Source: Escherichia coli (lineage in GTDB: Bacteria; Pseudomonadota; Gammaproteobacteria; Enterobacterales; Enterobacteriaceae). Taken from it: 64,000 nucleotides of DNA. The DNA lies in NCBI RefSeq assembly GCF_003334815.1, contig NZ_QOWO01000013.1. The stretch is one strand, 5' to 3'. Below, in pieces: positions 50,145-61,304 of this stretch. The notes beneath the pieces were generated by a model. The model ran no database searches. It was given only the letters and a program-made list of their open reading frames with translations, and was not told the origin of the DNA. Numbering within the stretch: the first letter of the stretch is position 1; each line of letters starts with the position of its first letter. The position numbers and the translations under genes are program-made.

Positions 50145-51179
50145 ATGCGATATCATGGGGATATGTTATTAACTACTCCTGTCATCAGTACGCTCAAGCA
50201 GAATTATCCTGATGCAAAAATCGATATGCTGCTTTATCAGGACACCATCCCTATTTTGTCTGAAAACCCGGAAATTAATGCGCTCTATGGGATAAGCAAT
50301 AAAGGTGCGGGAACTTTCGATAAAATTAAAAATGTGCTTTCGTTGATAAAAACTCTGCGTGCGAATAATTATGACCTGGTCATTAATCTTACGGATCAGT
50401 GGATGGTGGCGCTGCTGGTACGTTGTTTACCTGCACGGATGAAAATATCGCAACTTTATGGTCATCGGCAGCATGGTATTTGGAAAAAAAGCTTCACACA
50501 CTTAGCGCCAATACACGGTACACATATTGTTGAGCGTAATTTATCGGTCCTTGAGCCATTAGGTATTACCGATTTCTACACCGACACAACAATGAGTTAC
50601 GCCGAAGATTGCTGGAAGAAGATGCGCCGGGAATTAGATGCCCTGGGCGTAAAAGATCATTATGTTGTCATCCAACCGACAGCGCGTCAGATATTTAAGT
50701 GTTGGGATAACGATAAATTTTCTAAGGTTATCGATGCGCTGCAACAGCGAGGCTATCAGGTTGTGCTAACCTGTGGGCCCTCGGCAGATGATCTCGCTTG
50801 TGTAGATGAGATTGCACGAGGTTGCGAAACAAAACCCATTACTGGCCTTGCAGGTAAAACACGTTTTCCTGAACTGGGTGCATTAATTGATCATGCAGTG
50901 CTTTTTATTGGTGTGGATTCTGCGCCGGGACATATTGCAGCGGCAGTGAAAACGCCAGTCATTAGTCTATTTGGTGCAACGGATCACGTATTCTGGCGTC
51001 CCTGGACCGAGAATATTATTCAATTCTGGGCGGGGAATTATCAGAAAATGCCGACCCGGCATGAACTTGACCGCAACAAAAAATATCTTTCTGTTATCCC
51101 AGCGGAGGATGTGATCGCCGCTACGGAAAAGCTGTTGCCAGAAGATGCCCCTTCAGCTGACAGGAATGCACAATTATGA
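50145..51179 (+). CDS. waaQ: LPS heptosyltransferase III
   Basis: 344 aa from MRYHGDMLL...; the ORF track's GTG at 50109 would add 12 codons. Confidence 0.85.
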   Translation: MRYHGDMLLTTPVISTLKQNYPDAKIDMLLYQDTIPILSENPEINALYGISNKGAGTFDKIKNVLSLIKTLRANNYDLVINLTDQWMVALLVRCLPARMKISQLYGHRQHGIWKKSFTHLAPIHGTHIVERNLSVLEPLGITDFYTDTTMSYAEDCWKKMRRELDALGVKDHYVVIQPTARQIFKCWDNDKFSKVIDALQQRGYQVVLTCGPSADDLACVDEIARGCETKPITGLAGKTRFPELGALIDHAVLFIGVDSAPGHIAAAVKTPVISLFGATDHVFWRPWTENIIQFWAGNYQKMPTRHELDRNKKYLSVIPAEDVIAATEKLLPEDAPSADRNAQL

Positions 51180-52300
51180 TCGTGGCGTTTTGTTTATATA
51201 AATATTTTCCATTTGGTGGGCTTCAACGTGACTTTATGCGCATTGCATCAACAGTTGCCGCACGGGGCCACCATGTTCGGGTATATACACAGTCGTGGGA
51301 AGGCGATTGCCCGAAAGCATTTGAGCTTATTCAGGTGCCAGTTAAGTCCCATACCAACCATGGACGCAATGCAGAATATTATGCCTGGGTACAAAATCAT
51401 CTCAAAGAGCATCCCGCAGATCGCGTTGTTGGGTTTAATAAGATGCCTGGCCTGGATGTTTATTTTGCCGCTGATGTTTGTTACGCCGAGAAAGTTGCGC
51501 AAGAAAAAGGTTTTTTATATCGTTTAACATCACGATATCGCCATTATGCCGCATTTGAGCGAGCGACTTTCGAGCAGGGTAAATCGACGAAACTTATGAT
51601 GCTGACCGATAAGCAAATCGCCGATTTCCAGAAGCATTATCAAACTGAACCTGAACGTTTTCAAATTCTTCCTCCCGGTATTTATCCGGACAGAAAATAC
51701 AGTGAGCAAATCCCAAACAGCCGTGAAATTTATCGCCAGAAAAATGGCATAAAAGAGCAACAAAACTTATTACTGCAGGTTGGATCAGATTTTGGCCGTA
51801 AAGGTGTAGATCGCTCAATTGAAGCTTTGGCATCGTTACCGGAATCATTACGTCACAATACGCTTTTATTTGTTGTTGGTCAGGATAAGCCGCGAAAATT
51901 TGAAGCGCTGGCAGAAAAACTCGGCGTGCGGAGCAATGTGCATTTCTTCTCCGGTCGCAATGATGTGTCAGAATTAATGGCAGCCGCTGATTTATTACTG
52001 CATCCCGCTTATCAGGAAGCCGCGGGTATCGTTCTTCTAGAAGCGATCACTGCTGGGTTACCTGTTTTAACAACAGCGGTATGTGGGTACGCGCATTATA
52101 TTGCGGATGCCAATTGTGGAACGGTCATCGCTGAACCTTTCTCTCAGGAACAATTAAATGAAGTTTTACGTAAAGCGTTAACTCAGTCGCCATTGCGAAT
52201 GGCCTGGGCGGAGAATGCTCGCCATTATGCCGATACTCAGGATTTGTATAGCTTGCCAGAAAAAGCCGCGGATATCATTACAGGTGGTTTAGATGGTTGA
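51176..52300 (+). CDS. waaG: LPS core glucosyltransferase I
   Basis: 374 aa; ATGA overlap with waaQ. Confidence 0.95.
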   Translation: MIVAFCLYKYFPFGGLQRDFMRIASTVAARGHHVRVYTQSWEGDCPKAFELIQVPVKSHTNHGRNAEYYAWVQNHLKEHPADRVVGFNKMPGLDVYFAADVCYAEKVAQEKGFLYRLTSRYRHYAAFERATFEQGKSTKLMMLTDKQIADFQKHYQTEPERFQILPPGIYPDRKYSEQIPNSREIYRQKNGIKEQQNLLLQVGSDFGRKGVDRSIEALASLPESLRHNTLLFVVGQDKPRKFEALAEKLGVRSNVHFFSGRNDVSELMAAADLLLHPAYQEAAGIVLLEAITAGLPVLTTAVCGYAHYIADANCGTVIAEPFSQEQLNEVLRKALTQSPLRMAWAENARHYADTQDLYSLPEKAADIITGGLDG

Positions 52301-53090
52301 ATTAAAAGAGCCGCTTGCCACACTTTGGCGTGGTAAAGATGCTTTTGCAGAGGTCAAAAAACTGAACGGCGAGGTCTTTCGTGAACTGGAGACTCGTCGT
52401 ACATTACGCTTTGAACTGTCCGGGAAAAGCTATTTTCTTAAATGGCACAAGGGGACGACATTAAAAGAGATTATAAAAAATCTACTCTCATTGCGGATGC
52501 CCGTTTTGGGCGCAGACAGAGAGTGGCACGCTATTCATCGCCTGAGTGATGTTGGCGTTGATACAATGAAGGGCATTGGGTTTGGCGAAAAAGGGTTAAA
52601 TCCATTAACTCGCGCATCATTTATTATTACCGAAGATCTCACTCCCACAATTAGCCTTGAAGATTATTGTGCCGATTGGGCAGTCAACCCGCCTGATATA
52701 CGTGTTAAGCGTATGCTGATCGCACGTGTAGCAACTATGGTGCGTAAAATGCATACTGCAGGGATAAATCACCGCGACTGTTACATTTGCCACTTTTTGC
52801 TTCATTTGCCATTTACTGGCCGGGAAGATGAATTAAAAATTTCAGTTATCGATCTGCATCGGGCACAGATACGTGCAAAAGTACCGCGCCGCTGGCGCGA
52901 TAAAGACCTGATTGGTTTATATTTCTCATCAATGAATATTGGCCTGACGCAAAGAGATATCTGGCGATTTATGAAGGTTTATTTTGGGATGCCTTTACGC
53001 AAAATATTGTCTCTTGAACAGAATTTATTGAACATGGCAAGCGTTAAGGCCGAGCGTATTAAAGAGCGAACACAACGCAAAGGATTATAA
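52293..53090 (+). CDS. waaP: LPS core heptose(I) kinase
   Basis: 265 aa; 8-nt overlap with waaG. Confidence 0.95.
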
Positions 53091-53126
53091 AAATATTTAT
53101 TAGTATGTACTGGAACTAACTTTATT

Positions 53127-54062
53127 ATGACTATTTATTTTATAAATTGGGTTGCAGATTATGAATTAAAAATGATTCAGTACCTGAAAAAAAAGTACAA
53201 GATAAAAAATATAACAACACCAAAAAAATATAACTGGATTAATAAAAAAATATCAAAAATAGGGATGGATAATGCATGGCTGGGGCGATTATTCATCAAG
53301 CATTACCTCAATGATATTAAAAAAGATGACATAATTATCATTAATGACAGTGTTGTTAATAAAGGTATCAATAAACAAATATTAAAAAATATTAACTGTC
53401 ATAAAGTTTTGCTTCTAAGAAATACTGTTGGCGAAGATTTTATTCTTGATAACGCGAATTATTTCGATATTATATATGATTTTGAGCATAGATTTATAGG
53501 GAATGAAAAGATCAAGGCAATAGAACAATTTTTTCCTATAGGAATGGATGAAATTAGAAATTATAGTTTATCTGACAAAAATAACAGCCAGCCAATATGT
53601 TTTTTCCTTGGTCGTGATAAAGGGCGTCTTCAAATAATTAATGAGTTAGCCGAGAGATTAACAACACTAGGATGTAAGCTAGATTTTAATGTTGTCAAAG
53701 ATAAGACATCATCTACGACTTCAAAGTATTTGATTGAAAAACAAATATCTTATGAAGAGAATATTAGAAGAACATTAAATGCTAATATAATTGTTGATAT
53801 AACCAAAGAAAACCAATCTGGCTGGACTCTTCGTATACTTGAGGCACTATTTTTCAATAAAAAATTAATTACTAATAATATAAATGTATTTGGTTCAGAA
53901 ATCTATAGTGAATCTCGCTTTTTTATAATAGGTCATGATGATTGGGATAAGTTAGAGTATTTTATTAACTCATCTGTTAAACCAATGGATTATGATAGTT
54001 TATATAAATTCAGTCCAGATAAAATGATGTCAACGATTGTTTCTGATTTTATAGACAAATAA
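53127..54062 (+). CDS. waaS: LPS core biosynthesis protein WaaS (K-12 core type)
   Basis: 311 aa; very AT-rich. Confidence 0.8.
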
Positions 54063-54105
54063 AACCGTTAAAACAGTGAGTTTTACTCAATTAATGAGAG
54101 TTTCT

Positions 54106-55185
54106 ATGAAAATAGCGTTTATCGGCGAAGCTGTTTCTGGATTTGGCGGCATGGAAACTGTCATCCGTGATGTTATTACTACCTTCAGGCAACAACATAT
54201 CCAAAGTGAAATGTTTTTCTTTTGTCGTAATGACAAAATGGATAAGGGATGGCTGGAAGGTATTAAATACTCATGTTCATTTTCCAATATTCGTTTAGGT
54301 TTTTTGCGTCGGGCGAAACATATTCATGCTCTAAGTAAATGGCTTCAGGAGTACCAACCAGATATCGTTATTTGTATTGATGTGATCTCCTGCCTGTTTG
54401 CCGCAAAAGCACGTAAAAAATCAGGAATTGATATGCCAGTATTTTCATGGCCACATTTTTCTTTAGATCACAAAAAACATGCTGAATATATCACCTGTGC
54501 CGACTATCATTTAGCAATCAGCTCTGGCATTAAACAGCAAATGATTAATCGAGGTGTAGCAGAATCGACGATAAATGTTATTTTTAATCCCGTCGAAACT
54601 AAAGACTCAGTCATTCCCGCGCCCGAGGAAGGTGAAACGGCAACGTTTATTTATGTTGGGCGTATGAAATTTGAAGGCCAGAAAAGAGTTAAAGACCTGC
54701 TTGATGGCTTATCACAAGCGAAAGGTAACTGGAAACTCCATGTATTGGGTGATGGCTCCGATTTCGAAAAATGCCAGGCTTATGGTAGAGAATTAAATAT
54801 TGATGATCGAATTGTCTGGTATGGTTGGCAACAATATCCCTGGGAATTGGTCCAGCAAGATATTGAAAAAGTGAGTGCGTTATTGCTCACGTCATCTTTT
54901 GAAGGTTTCCCAATGACCCTACTTGAAGCCTTGTCGTGGGGGATTCCTTGTATCAGTGCCGATTGTGTCTCCGGGCCTGCTGACATTATTCAACCTGATG
55001 TCAATGGCCATCTGTATCAACCGGGAGATATTGCTGGTTTTGTAACTCTTCTAAATAAATATATAGCAGGTGAAATTCATATCGAACATGAAAAAATTCC
55101 TGCGTCGATCGATGAATTTTACCAATCGAAGTATTACGATAGATTACATAAGGTAATTATTTCTGCTATTTCCCGGAGGAAATAA
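54106..55185 (+). CDS. waaB: LPS alpha-1,6-galactosyltransferase
   Basis: 359 aa from MKIAFIGEAV... Confidence 0.85.
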   Translation: MKIAFIGEAVSGFGGMETVIRDVITTFRQQHIQSEMFFFCRNDKMDKGWLEGIKYSCSFSNIRLGFLRRAKHIHALSKWLQEYQPDIVICIDVISCLFAAKARKKSGIDMPVFSWPHFSLDHKKHAEYITCADYHLAISSGIKQQMINRGVAESTINVIFNPVETKDSVIPAPEEGETATFIYVGRMKFEGQKRVKDLLDGLSQAKGNWKLHVLGDGSDFEKCQAYGRELNIDDRIVWYGWQQYPWELVQQDIEKVSALLLTSSFEGFPMTLLEALSWGIPCISADCVSGPADIIQPDVNGHLYQPGDIAGFVTLLNKYIAGEIHIEHEKIPASIDEFYQSKYYDRLHKVIISAISRRK

Positions 55186-56204
55186 TGCAGCAGGTGTTTT
55201 TCCAGGAAACTGAGTTTCTTAATTCAGTTATTGATTATGATCATAAAGTAGAAACAGAAAATCTTTGTCTGGACATCGCTTATGGAACTGACAAAAACTT
55301 TCTATTTGGTTGCGGAATTTCGATTGCTTCAATATTAAAATATAATGAAGGAAGTCGATTGTGTTTCCATATTTTTACTGATTATTTTGGTGATGATGAT
55401 CGTAAGTATTTTGATGCCCTGGCGTTGCAGTATAAAACCAGAATTAAAATATATCTGATTAATGGTGATCGACTGCGCTCATTGCCTAGCACTAAGAATT
55501 GGACTCATGCAATATATTTTCGTTTTGTTATTGCAGATTACTTTATTAATAAGGCGCCTAAAGTCCTTTATCTGGATGCAGATATCATTTGTCAGGGGAC
55601 TATTGAGCCACTAATTAATTTCTCATTTCCTGACGATAAAGTCGCAATGGTTGTTACAGAAGGGCAAGCTGACTGGTGGGAAAAACGCGCCCATTCGTTA
55701 GGTGTTGCGGGAATTGCTAAAGGTTACTTTAACTCCGGTTTTTTATTGATTAATACTGCCCAATGGGCGGCTCAGCAGGTTTCTGCACGAGCTATTGCAA
55801 TGCTAAATGAGCCAGAAATAATCAAAAAAATAACACATCCTGATCAGGATGTGTTAAATATGTTGCTGGCGGATAAACTTATTTTCGCTGATATTAAATA
55901 TAACACCCAGTTCAGCTTAAATTATCAACTCAAAGAAAGCTTTATAAACCCAGTAACCAACGATACTATTTTTATCCATTATATCGGGCCAACCAAGCCC
56001 TGGCATGATTGGGCCTGGGATTATCCTGTATCACAAGCCTTTATGGAGGCAAAAAATGCTTCGCCATGGAAGAATACGGCGTTGCTGAAACCGAACAATA
56101 GCAATCAATTAAGATATAGCGCAAAACATATGCTTAAAAAGCATAGATATCTAAAAGGATTTAGCAACTATCTTTTTTATTTTATTGAAAAGATAAAGCA
56201 TTAA
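55185..56204 (+). CDS. waaO: LPS alpha-1,3-glucosyltransferase (GT8)
   Basis: 339 aa; TAATG overlap with waaB. Confidence 0.85.
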   Translation: MQQVFFQETEFLNSVIDYDHKVETENLCLDIAYGTDKNFLFGCGISIASILKYNEGSRLCFHIFTDYFGDDDRKYFDALALQYKTRIKIYLINGDRLRSLPSTKNWTHAIYFRFVIADYFINKAPKVLYLDADIICQGTIEPLINFSFPDDKVAMVVTEGQADWWEKRAHSLGVAGIAKGYFNSGFLLINTAQWAAQQVSARAIAMLNEPEIIKKITHPDQDVLNMLLADKLIFADIKYNTQFSLNYQLKESFINPVTNDTIFIHYIGPTKPWHDWAWDYPVSQAFMEAKNASPWKNTALLKPNNSNQLRYSAKHMLKKHRYLKGFSNYLFYFIEKIKH

Positions 56205-56243
56205 AACTGGGAAACTATAAAGTAATGATATAAGGGTAGCATT

Positions 56244-57260
56244 GTGGACTCATTTCCTGCCATAGAGATAGATAAAGTTAAAGCCTGGGATTTTCGGCTA
56301 GCTAATATAAATACTTCTGAATGTTTAAATGTTGCCTATGGTGTCGATGCTAATTATCTTGATGGTGTAGGTGTTTCCATCACATCAATTGTCCTAAATA
56401 ATCGATATATTAATCTTGATTTTTATATTATTGCTGATGTTTATAATGATGGTTTTTTTCAAAAAATTGCAAAGCTTGCAGAGCAAAACCAATTAAGAAT
56501 CACGTTATATAGAATTAACACTGATAAGCTCCAGTGCTTGCCTTGTACACAGGTCTGGTCAAGAGCAATGTACTTCCGTTTATTTGCATTTCAATTATTG
56601 GGTTTAACGCTTGATCGTTTGCTTTATCTTGATGCAGATGTTGTTTGTAAAGGCGATATTAGCCAACTATTACATCTGGGTTTAAATGGAGCGGTTGCTG
56701 CTGTTGTTAAAGATGTTGAGCCAATGCAAGAAAAGGCGGTATCCAGGTTGTCTGATCCTGAATTACTTGGGCAGTACTTTAATTCCGGTGTCGTTTATTT
56801 AGACTTAAAAAAATGGGCTGACGCAAAACTAACAGAAAAAGCGTTGTCTATTCTTATGAGTAAAGATAATGTTTATAAATACCCTGATCAGGATGTTATG
56901 AATGTCTTACTGAAAGGGATGACATTATTTTTGCCTCGTGAGTACAATACAATTTATACAATTAAAAGTGAATTAAAAGACAAAACACATCAAAACTATA
57001 AAAAGCTGATTACAGAAAGTACTCTTCTTATTCATTATACAGGTGCAACTAAACCGTGGCACAAATGGGCAATTTATCCATCGGTAAAATACTATAAAAT
57101 AGCTTTAGAAAATTCCCCCTGGAAAGATGACTCTCCACGAGATGCGAAATCAATTATTGAATTTAAAAAAAGATATAAACATCTTTTAGTGCAACATCAT
57201 TATATCTCAGGAATTATAGCAGGAGTCTGTTATCTTTGCCGAAAATATTACCGTAAATAA
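56244..57260 (+). CDS. waaJ: LPS alpha-1,2-glucosyltransferase (GT8)
   Basis: 338 aa; GTG start; paralogous to waaO. Confidence 0.85.
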   Translation: MDSFPAIEIDKVKAWDFRLANINTSECLNVAYGVDANYLDGVGVSITSIVLNNRYINLDFYIIADVYNDGFFQKIAKLAEQNQLRITLYRINTDKLQCLPCTQVWSRAMYFRLFAFQLLGLTLDRLLYLDADVVCKGDISQLLHLGLNGAVAAVVKDVEPMQEKAVSRLSDPELLGQYFNSGVVYLDLKKWADAKLTEKALSILMSKDNVYKYPDQDVMNVLLKGMTLFLPREYNTIYTIKSELKDKTHQNYKKLITESTLLIHYTGATKPWHKWAIYPSVKYYKIALENSPWKDDSPRDAKSIIEFKKRYKHLLVQHHYISGIIAGVCYLCRKYYRK

Positions 57261-57277
57261 CATTTAACTGGTTTATT

Positions 57278-57976
57278 ATGATTCAGAAGAGCAAGATCAA
57301 AGACTTGGTTGTTTTTACCGATGAAAACAATTCAAAGTACCTCAATGTATTAAATGACTTCTTGTCTTATAATATAAATATCATCAAGGTTTTTCGTTCT
57401 ATTGATGATACAAAAGTTATGCTTATTGATACCGATTACGGTAAATTGATTCTTAAGGTTTTTTCTCCGAAAGTTAAGCGTAACGAACGTTTCTTTAAGT
57501 CTCTGTTAAAAGGTGATTATTACGAACGCCTTTTTGAGCAAACCCAAAAAGTACGAAATGAAGGGTTAAATACACTCAATGACTTTTATTTATTGGCTGA
57601 ACGGAAAACCTTACGTTTTGTCCATACTTATATCATGATCATCGAGTATATTGATGGCATAGAGTTGTGTGATATGCCCGATATTGATGATGCGCTAAAA
57701 AATAAAATTCAGCAATCAATTAATGCCTTACATCAACATGGCATGGTTTCTGGCGACCCCCATCGTGGTAACTTCATTATAAAAAATGGTGAGGTTCGAA
57801 TTATCGATCTCTCCGGAAAGCGTGCTTCAGCGCAGCGTAAAGCGAAAGATCGTATTGACTTAGAGCGTCATTACGGTATTAAAAATGAGATTAGAGATCT
57901 AGGCTATTATCTTTTAGTATATCGTAAAAAAATGCGCAATTTTATTCGGCGTTTGAAAGGGAAACCAGCGCGCTAA
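57278..57976 (+). CDS. waaY: LPS core heptose(II) kinase
   Basis: 232 aa. Confidence 0.85.
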   Translation: MIQKSKIKDLVVFTDENNSKYLNVLNDFLSYNINIIKVFRSIDDTKVMLIDTDYGKLILKVFSPKVKRNERFFKSLLKGDYYERLFEQTQKVRNEGLNTLNDFYLLAERKTLRFVHTYIMIIEYIDGIELCDMPDIDDALKNKIQQSINALHQHGMVSGDPHRGNFIIKNGEVRIIDLSGKRASAQRKAKDRIDLERHYGIKNEIRDLGYYLLVYRKKMRNFIRRLKGKPAR

Positions 57977-58046
57977 AAAAAATCCCACAATTACATGTCT
58001 TCACCAGGACAGTTTTAAGCGGAGTTATTTATTTCACAGGTTTATC

Positions 58047-58898
58047 ATGAAGAATATTAGATACATTGACAAAAAAGATGTTGAAAACCTGATTGAAAAT
58101 AAAACATCTGATGATGTTATTATTTTTCTTTCGGGCCCTACATCGCAAAAAACACCTTTGTCAGTATTACGAACAAAGGATATTATTGCTGTCAATGGTT
58201 CTGCGCAATATCTGTTAAGTAATAATATCGTTCCTTTTATATATGTACTTACAGATGTCCGATTTTTACATCAGCGTCGTGATGATTTTTATAAATTTAG
58301 CCAGAGAAGTCGTTATACCATAGTAAACGTTGACGTTTATGAACACGCTTCCAAAGAAGATAAACTTTATATCCTCCAGAACTGCCTCGTATTACGGTCC
58401 TTTTACCGTCGGGAAAAAGGTGGTTTTATAAAGAAGATTAAATTTAATATTTTGAGACAGATTCACAAAGAACTGCTGATCTCTGTACCGTTGTCTAAAA
58501 AAGGTCGTCTGGTTGGATTTTGCAAGGACATTAGTCTTGGTTATTGCTCATGCCATACTATTGCCTTTGCTGCAATTCAAATCGCATATTCACTTAAGTA
58601 TGCGCGGATTATTTGTTCTGGTCTTGATTTAACGGGTAGCTGTTCTCGTTTCTATGATGAGAATAAAAATCCCATGCCCTCGGAATTAAGTAGGGATTTA
58701 TTCAAAATATTGCCATTTTTTCGTTTTATGCATGATAATGTAAAAGATATTAATATTTATAATTTATCAGATGATACAGCTATTTCTTACGATGTAATTC
58801 CATTTATTAAACTTCAAGACATCAGTGCAGAAGAATCAAAAGATATGACAAGAAAAAAAATGCAATATAGAACTTCAACCGATTCTTATGCTAATTAA
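58047..58898 (+). CDS. waaZ: LPS core biosynthesis protein WaaZ
   Basis: 283 aa. Confidence 0.8.
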   Translation: MKNIRYIDKKDVENLIENKTSDDVIIFLSGPTSQKTPLSVLRTKDIIAVNGSAQYLLSNNIVPFIYVLTDVRFLHQRRDDFYKFSQRSRYTIVNVDVYEHASKEDKLYILQNCLVLRSFYRREKGGFIKKIKFNILRQIHKELLISVPLSKKGRLVGFCKDISLGYCSCHTIAFAAIQIAYSLKYARIICSGLDLTGSCSRFYDENKNPMPSELSRDLFKILPFFRFMHDNVKDINIYNLSDDTAISYDVIPFIKLQDISAEESKDMTRKKMQYRTSTDSYAN

Positions 58899-58930
58899 TC
58901 ATCCTGAAACTAAAATAATATGGTATAAAA

Positions 58931-60004
58931 ATGCGCTTAGGAACTTTTCACAAAAAGAAAAGATTTTATATAAACAAAATCAAGATTAATTTCCTTTCTT
59001 TTTTATTTCGTAATAAAATAAATAATCAAATTACAGATCCAGCACAAGTTAAATCATGCCTTATTATTCATGATAATAATAAACTTGGTGATCTAATTGT
59101 ATTAAGTTCGATTTATCGTGAACTTTATAGTAAAGGGGTTAAAATAACTCTTCTCACAAATAGAAAGGGTGGGGAATTTCTCTCTAATAATAAAAATATA
59201 TTTGAGTTCTGTATTAAAGAATCAACCGGTTTTCTTGAAATGCTTACTCTATGTAAGCATCTGCGGGATTTACAGTTCGATATTGTATTAGACCCCTTTG
59301 AAACTATGCCCTCATTTAAGCATAGCTTAATATTATCAAGTTTAAAAGATTCTTACATTCTGGGTTTTGATCATTGGTATAAGCGTTACTATTCATTTTA
59401 CCATCCCCACGATGAATGTTTAAAAGAACATATGAGTACACGAGCAATAGAAATACTGAAGCATATTTATGGTGAGGGTAAATTTTCCACCAACTACGAC
59501 TTGCATTTACCAGTAGATGTTGAAGATAAAATAAAAGAATTTATTGGAGATACAAGAATAGTCATTATTAATCCATTAGGTGCAAAAAAAATATGCCGTC
59601 TTACGTTTGAGCAAATAAAAGTTATATATCAAGAAGTGAAAACACACTTTGAAAATTATCGGATTATATTTACCGGGTTACCGCAAGATTTATTGACAAT
59701 ACCAATACTTGAAATCGAAACACTACCATTTGATGAGTTTATTTATACCGTTGCGTTGACCAAGTATAGTGATTTTGTCATTTCTGTTGATACAGCTCTT
59801 GTTCATATCGCTGCGGCTTATCATAAACCAACGCTTGCATTTTACCCTAATTCACGTACTCCGGAATATCCCTCGCATTTAATTTGGTCCCCGAATCATC
59901 ATAAATCTATACAAATAGTATCCCCAACATATACGGTAAAAGATATCGATACTGAAACTTTAACTAATTCAGTAAAGAGATTAAGTTGTATAGATAAGAA
60001 GTGA
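58931..60004 (+). CDS. waaU: LPS heptosyltransferase IV
   Basis: 357 aa. Confidence 0.8.
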   Translation: MRLGTFHKKKRFYINKIKINFLSFLFRNKINNQITDPAQVKSCLIIHDNNKLGDLIVLSSIYRELYSKGVKITLLTNRKGGEFLSNNKNIFEFCIKESTGFLEMLTLCKHLRDLQFDIVLDPFETMPSFKHSLILSSLKDSYILGFDHWYKRYYSFYHPHDECLKEHMSTRAIEILKHIYGEGKFSTNYDLHLPVDVEDKIKEFIGDTRIVIINPLGAKKICRLTFEQIKVIYQEVKTHFENYRIIFTGLPQDLLTIPILEIETLPFDEFIYTVALTKYSDFVISVDTALVHIAAAYHKPTLAFYPNSRTPEYPSHLIWSPNHHKSIQIVSPTYTVKDIDTETLTNSVKRLSCIDKK

Positions 60005-60022
60005 GTTTTAACTCACTTCTTA
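59997..60022. terminator. Palindrome between convergent waaU and waaL
   Basis: aagaagtgagtt-tt-aactcacttctt perfect 12-bp stems, overlapping the waaU stop codon. Confidence 0.5.
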
Positions 60023-60035
60023 AACTTGTTTATTC

Positions 60036-61295
60036 TTAATTAATTGTATTGTTACGATTATTAATGACGAGTAAGAGGACTATAGCGGATATAATGATAA
60101 TTGGAATGCTGCGTGCCCATATGATCACATCACTGAGTCCAATCCCCACAATGCCAAGCGTTAATATCAACAAACCCAAAGCTCGTTTTTTATATGCTAT
60201 ATAAAATAGTGAAAAATAGAGGAAAAGTGTGGAAAAAATTCCCATCAGACCTTTCAGTGACCCTGCTTCAATTATCTCATTATGTAGATGTACGTTAGAA
60301 AACTCCAATGCCCCTCTTAGCCTATTGTGTTCTGCAACTAACAAATTCATACTTTCAGCGCGTGACTCTGCTGATCTAAATGAAAAAGGTGACTTTATGA
60401 ATATATTTAAACCAATTTCGTACATTGCCAGTCTTGCACCTAGGGAAGTAACACTATTAGCATTGGTATAACTGTTTAAGTCATTTAATGCTTCATTATA
60501 GCGATTCTGTATTGGTTTATTAAATATAATAACAATGCTAGCTAATATAGCAATTAGTAGAACAATAGAGGAAGTGAATTTCTTGGGTGATTTATTATAA
60601 TAAGCTATTAATGCAGCAACACAAATTATAGGGAACAGGAGTAGGGTTGCTCTGGTTTGTGTTAGCGCCAGAACATAAAGTACCGCGCAACTATTTAATA
60701 AAAATAAAAAAGGATGATTTTTCTTAGTATAAAGAATCGCAACGCCACTAACTATCCCTATTAGCATTGTTGAATATGCTGCTCCTGTTGCCGTTCCTAC
60801 ACCAAAAGAAATGCGGTCATTTTCATGAATGCTATTAATATACATTGCATATCCAGCAATTAGAAATGACAGAGAATACAAAGTGTATAATACACTCTCT
60901 TTTTTTGATTTTAGCTGGCTAGTTAGTGTCAAGAAAACAATAAAAGAACCAAATATAAATATTTTGGCAGTATTTAAATAACTATGGTAAGTAGCACGAA
61001 ATGGCGAATTATCTACTTTAAACGCAGAATACCAAATTAAATCAAGCAAGCCTATTAAAAATATAGAAAGGGGAAGAATAAGGTTTTTTATATTATAATT
61101 TTCTTGTCTGCCACGTAAAATTAGTGACAATAAGCAAACTATAGCAGTGATATTATATATTTTTATGCTGAAAGTATTATCGACGAATGCAATTATCATT
61201 GAAAAAAAACATAATATATAAGTTATTATCTCTAAAATCATTGATGATTTCAGAGTGTAAGGTTTCAATGAATGAAGTTTAAAGGATGTTAGCAT
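60036..61295 (-). CDS. waaL: O-antigen ligase
   Basis: 419 aa polytopic membrane protein. Confidence 0.9.
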   Translation of the reverse strand: MLTSFKLHSLKPYTLKSSMILEIITYILCFFSMIIAFVDNTFSIKIYNITAIVCLLSLILRGRQENYNIKNLILPLSIFLIGLLDLIWYSAFKVDNSPFRATYHSYLNTAKIFIFGSFIVFLTLTSQLKSKKESVLYTLYSLSFLIAGYAMYINSIHENDRISFGVGTATGAAYSTMLIGIVSGVAILYTKKNHPFLFLLNSCAVLYVLALTQTRATLLLFPIICVAALIAYYNKSPKKFTSSIVLLIAILASIVIIFNKPIQNRYNEALNDLNSYTNANSVTSLGARLAMYEIGLNIFIKSPFSFRSAESRAESMNLLVAEHNRLRGALEFSNVHLHNEIIEAGSLKGLMGIFSTLFLYFSLFYIAYKKRALGLLILTLGIVGIGLSDVIIWARSIPIIIISAIVLLLVINNRNNTIN

Positions 61296-61304
61296 GTTTT
61301 ACCT

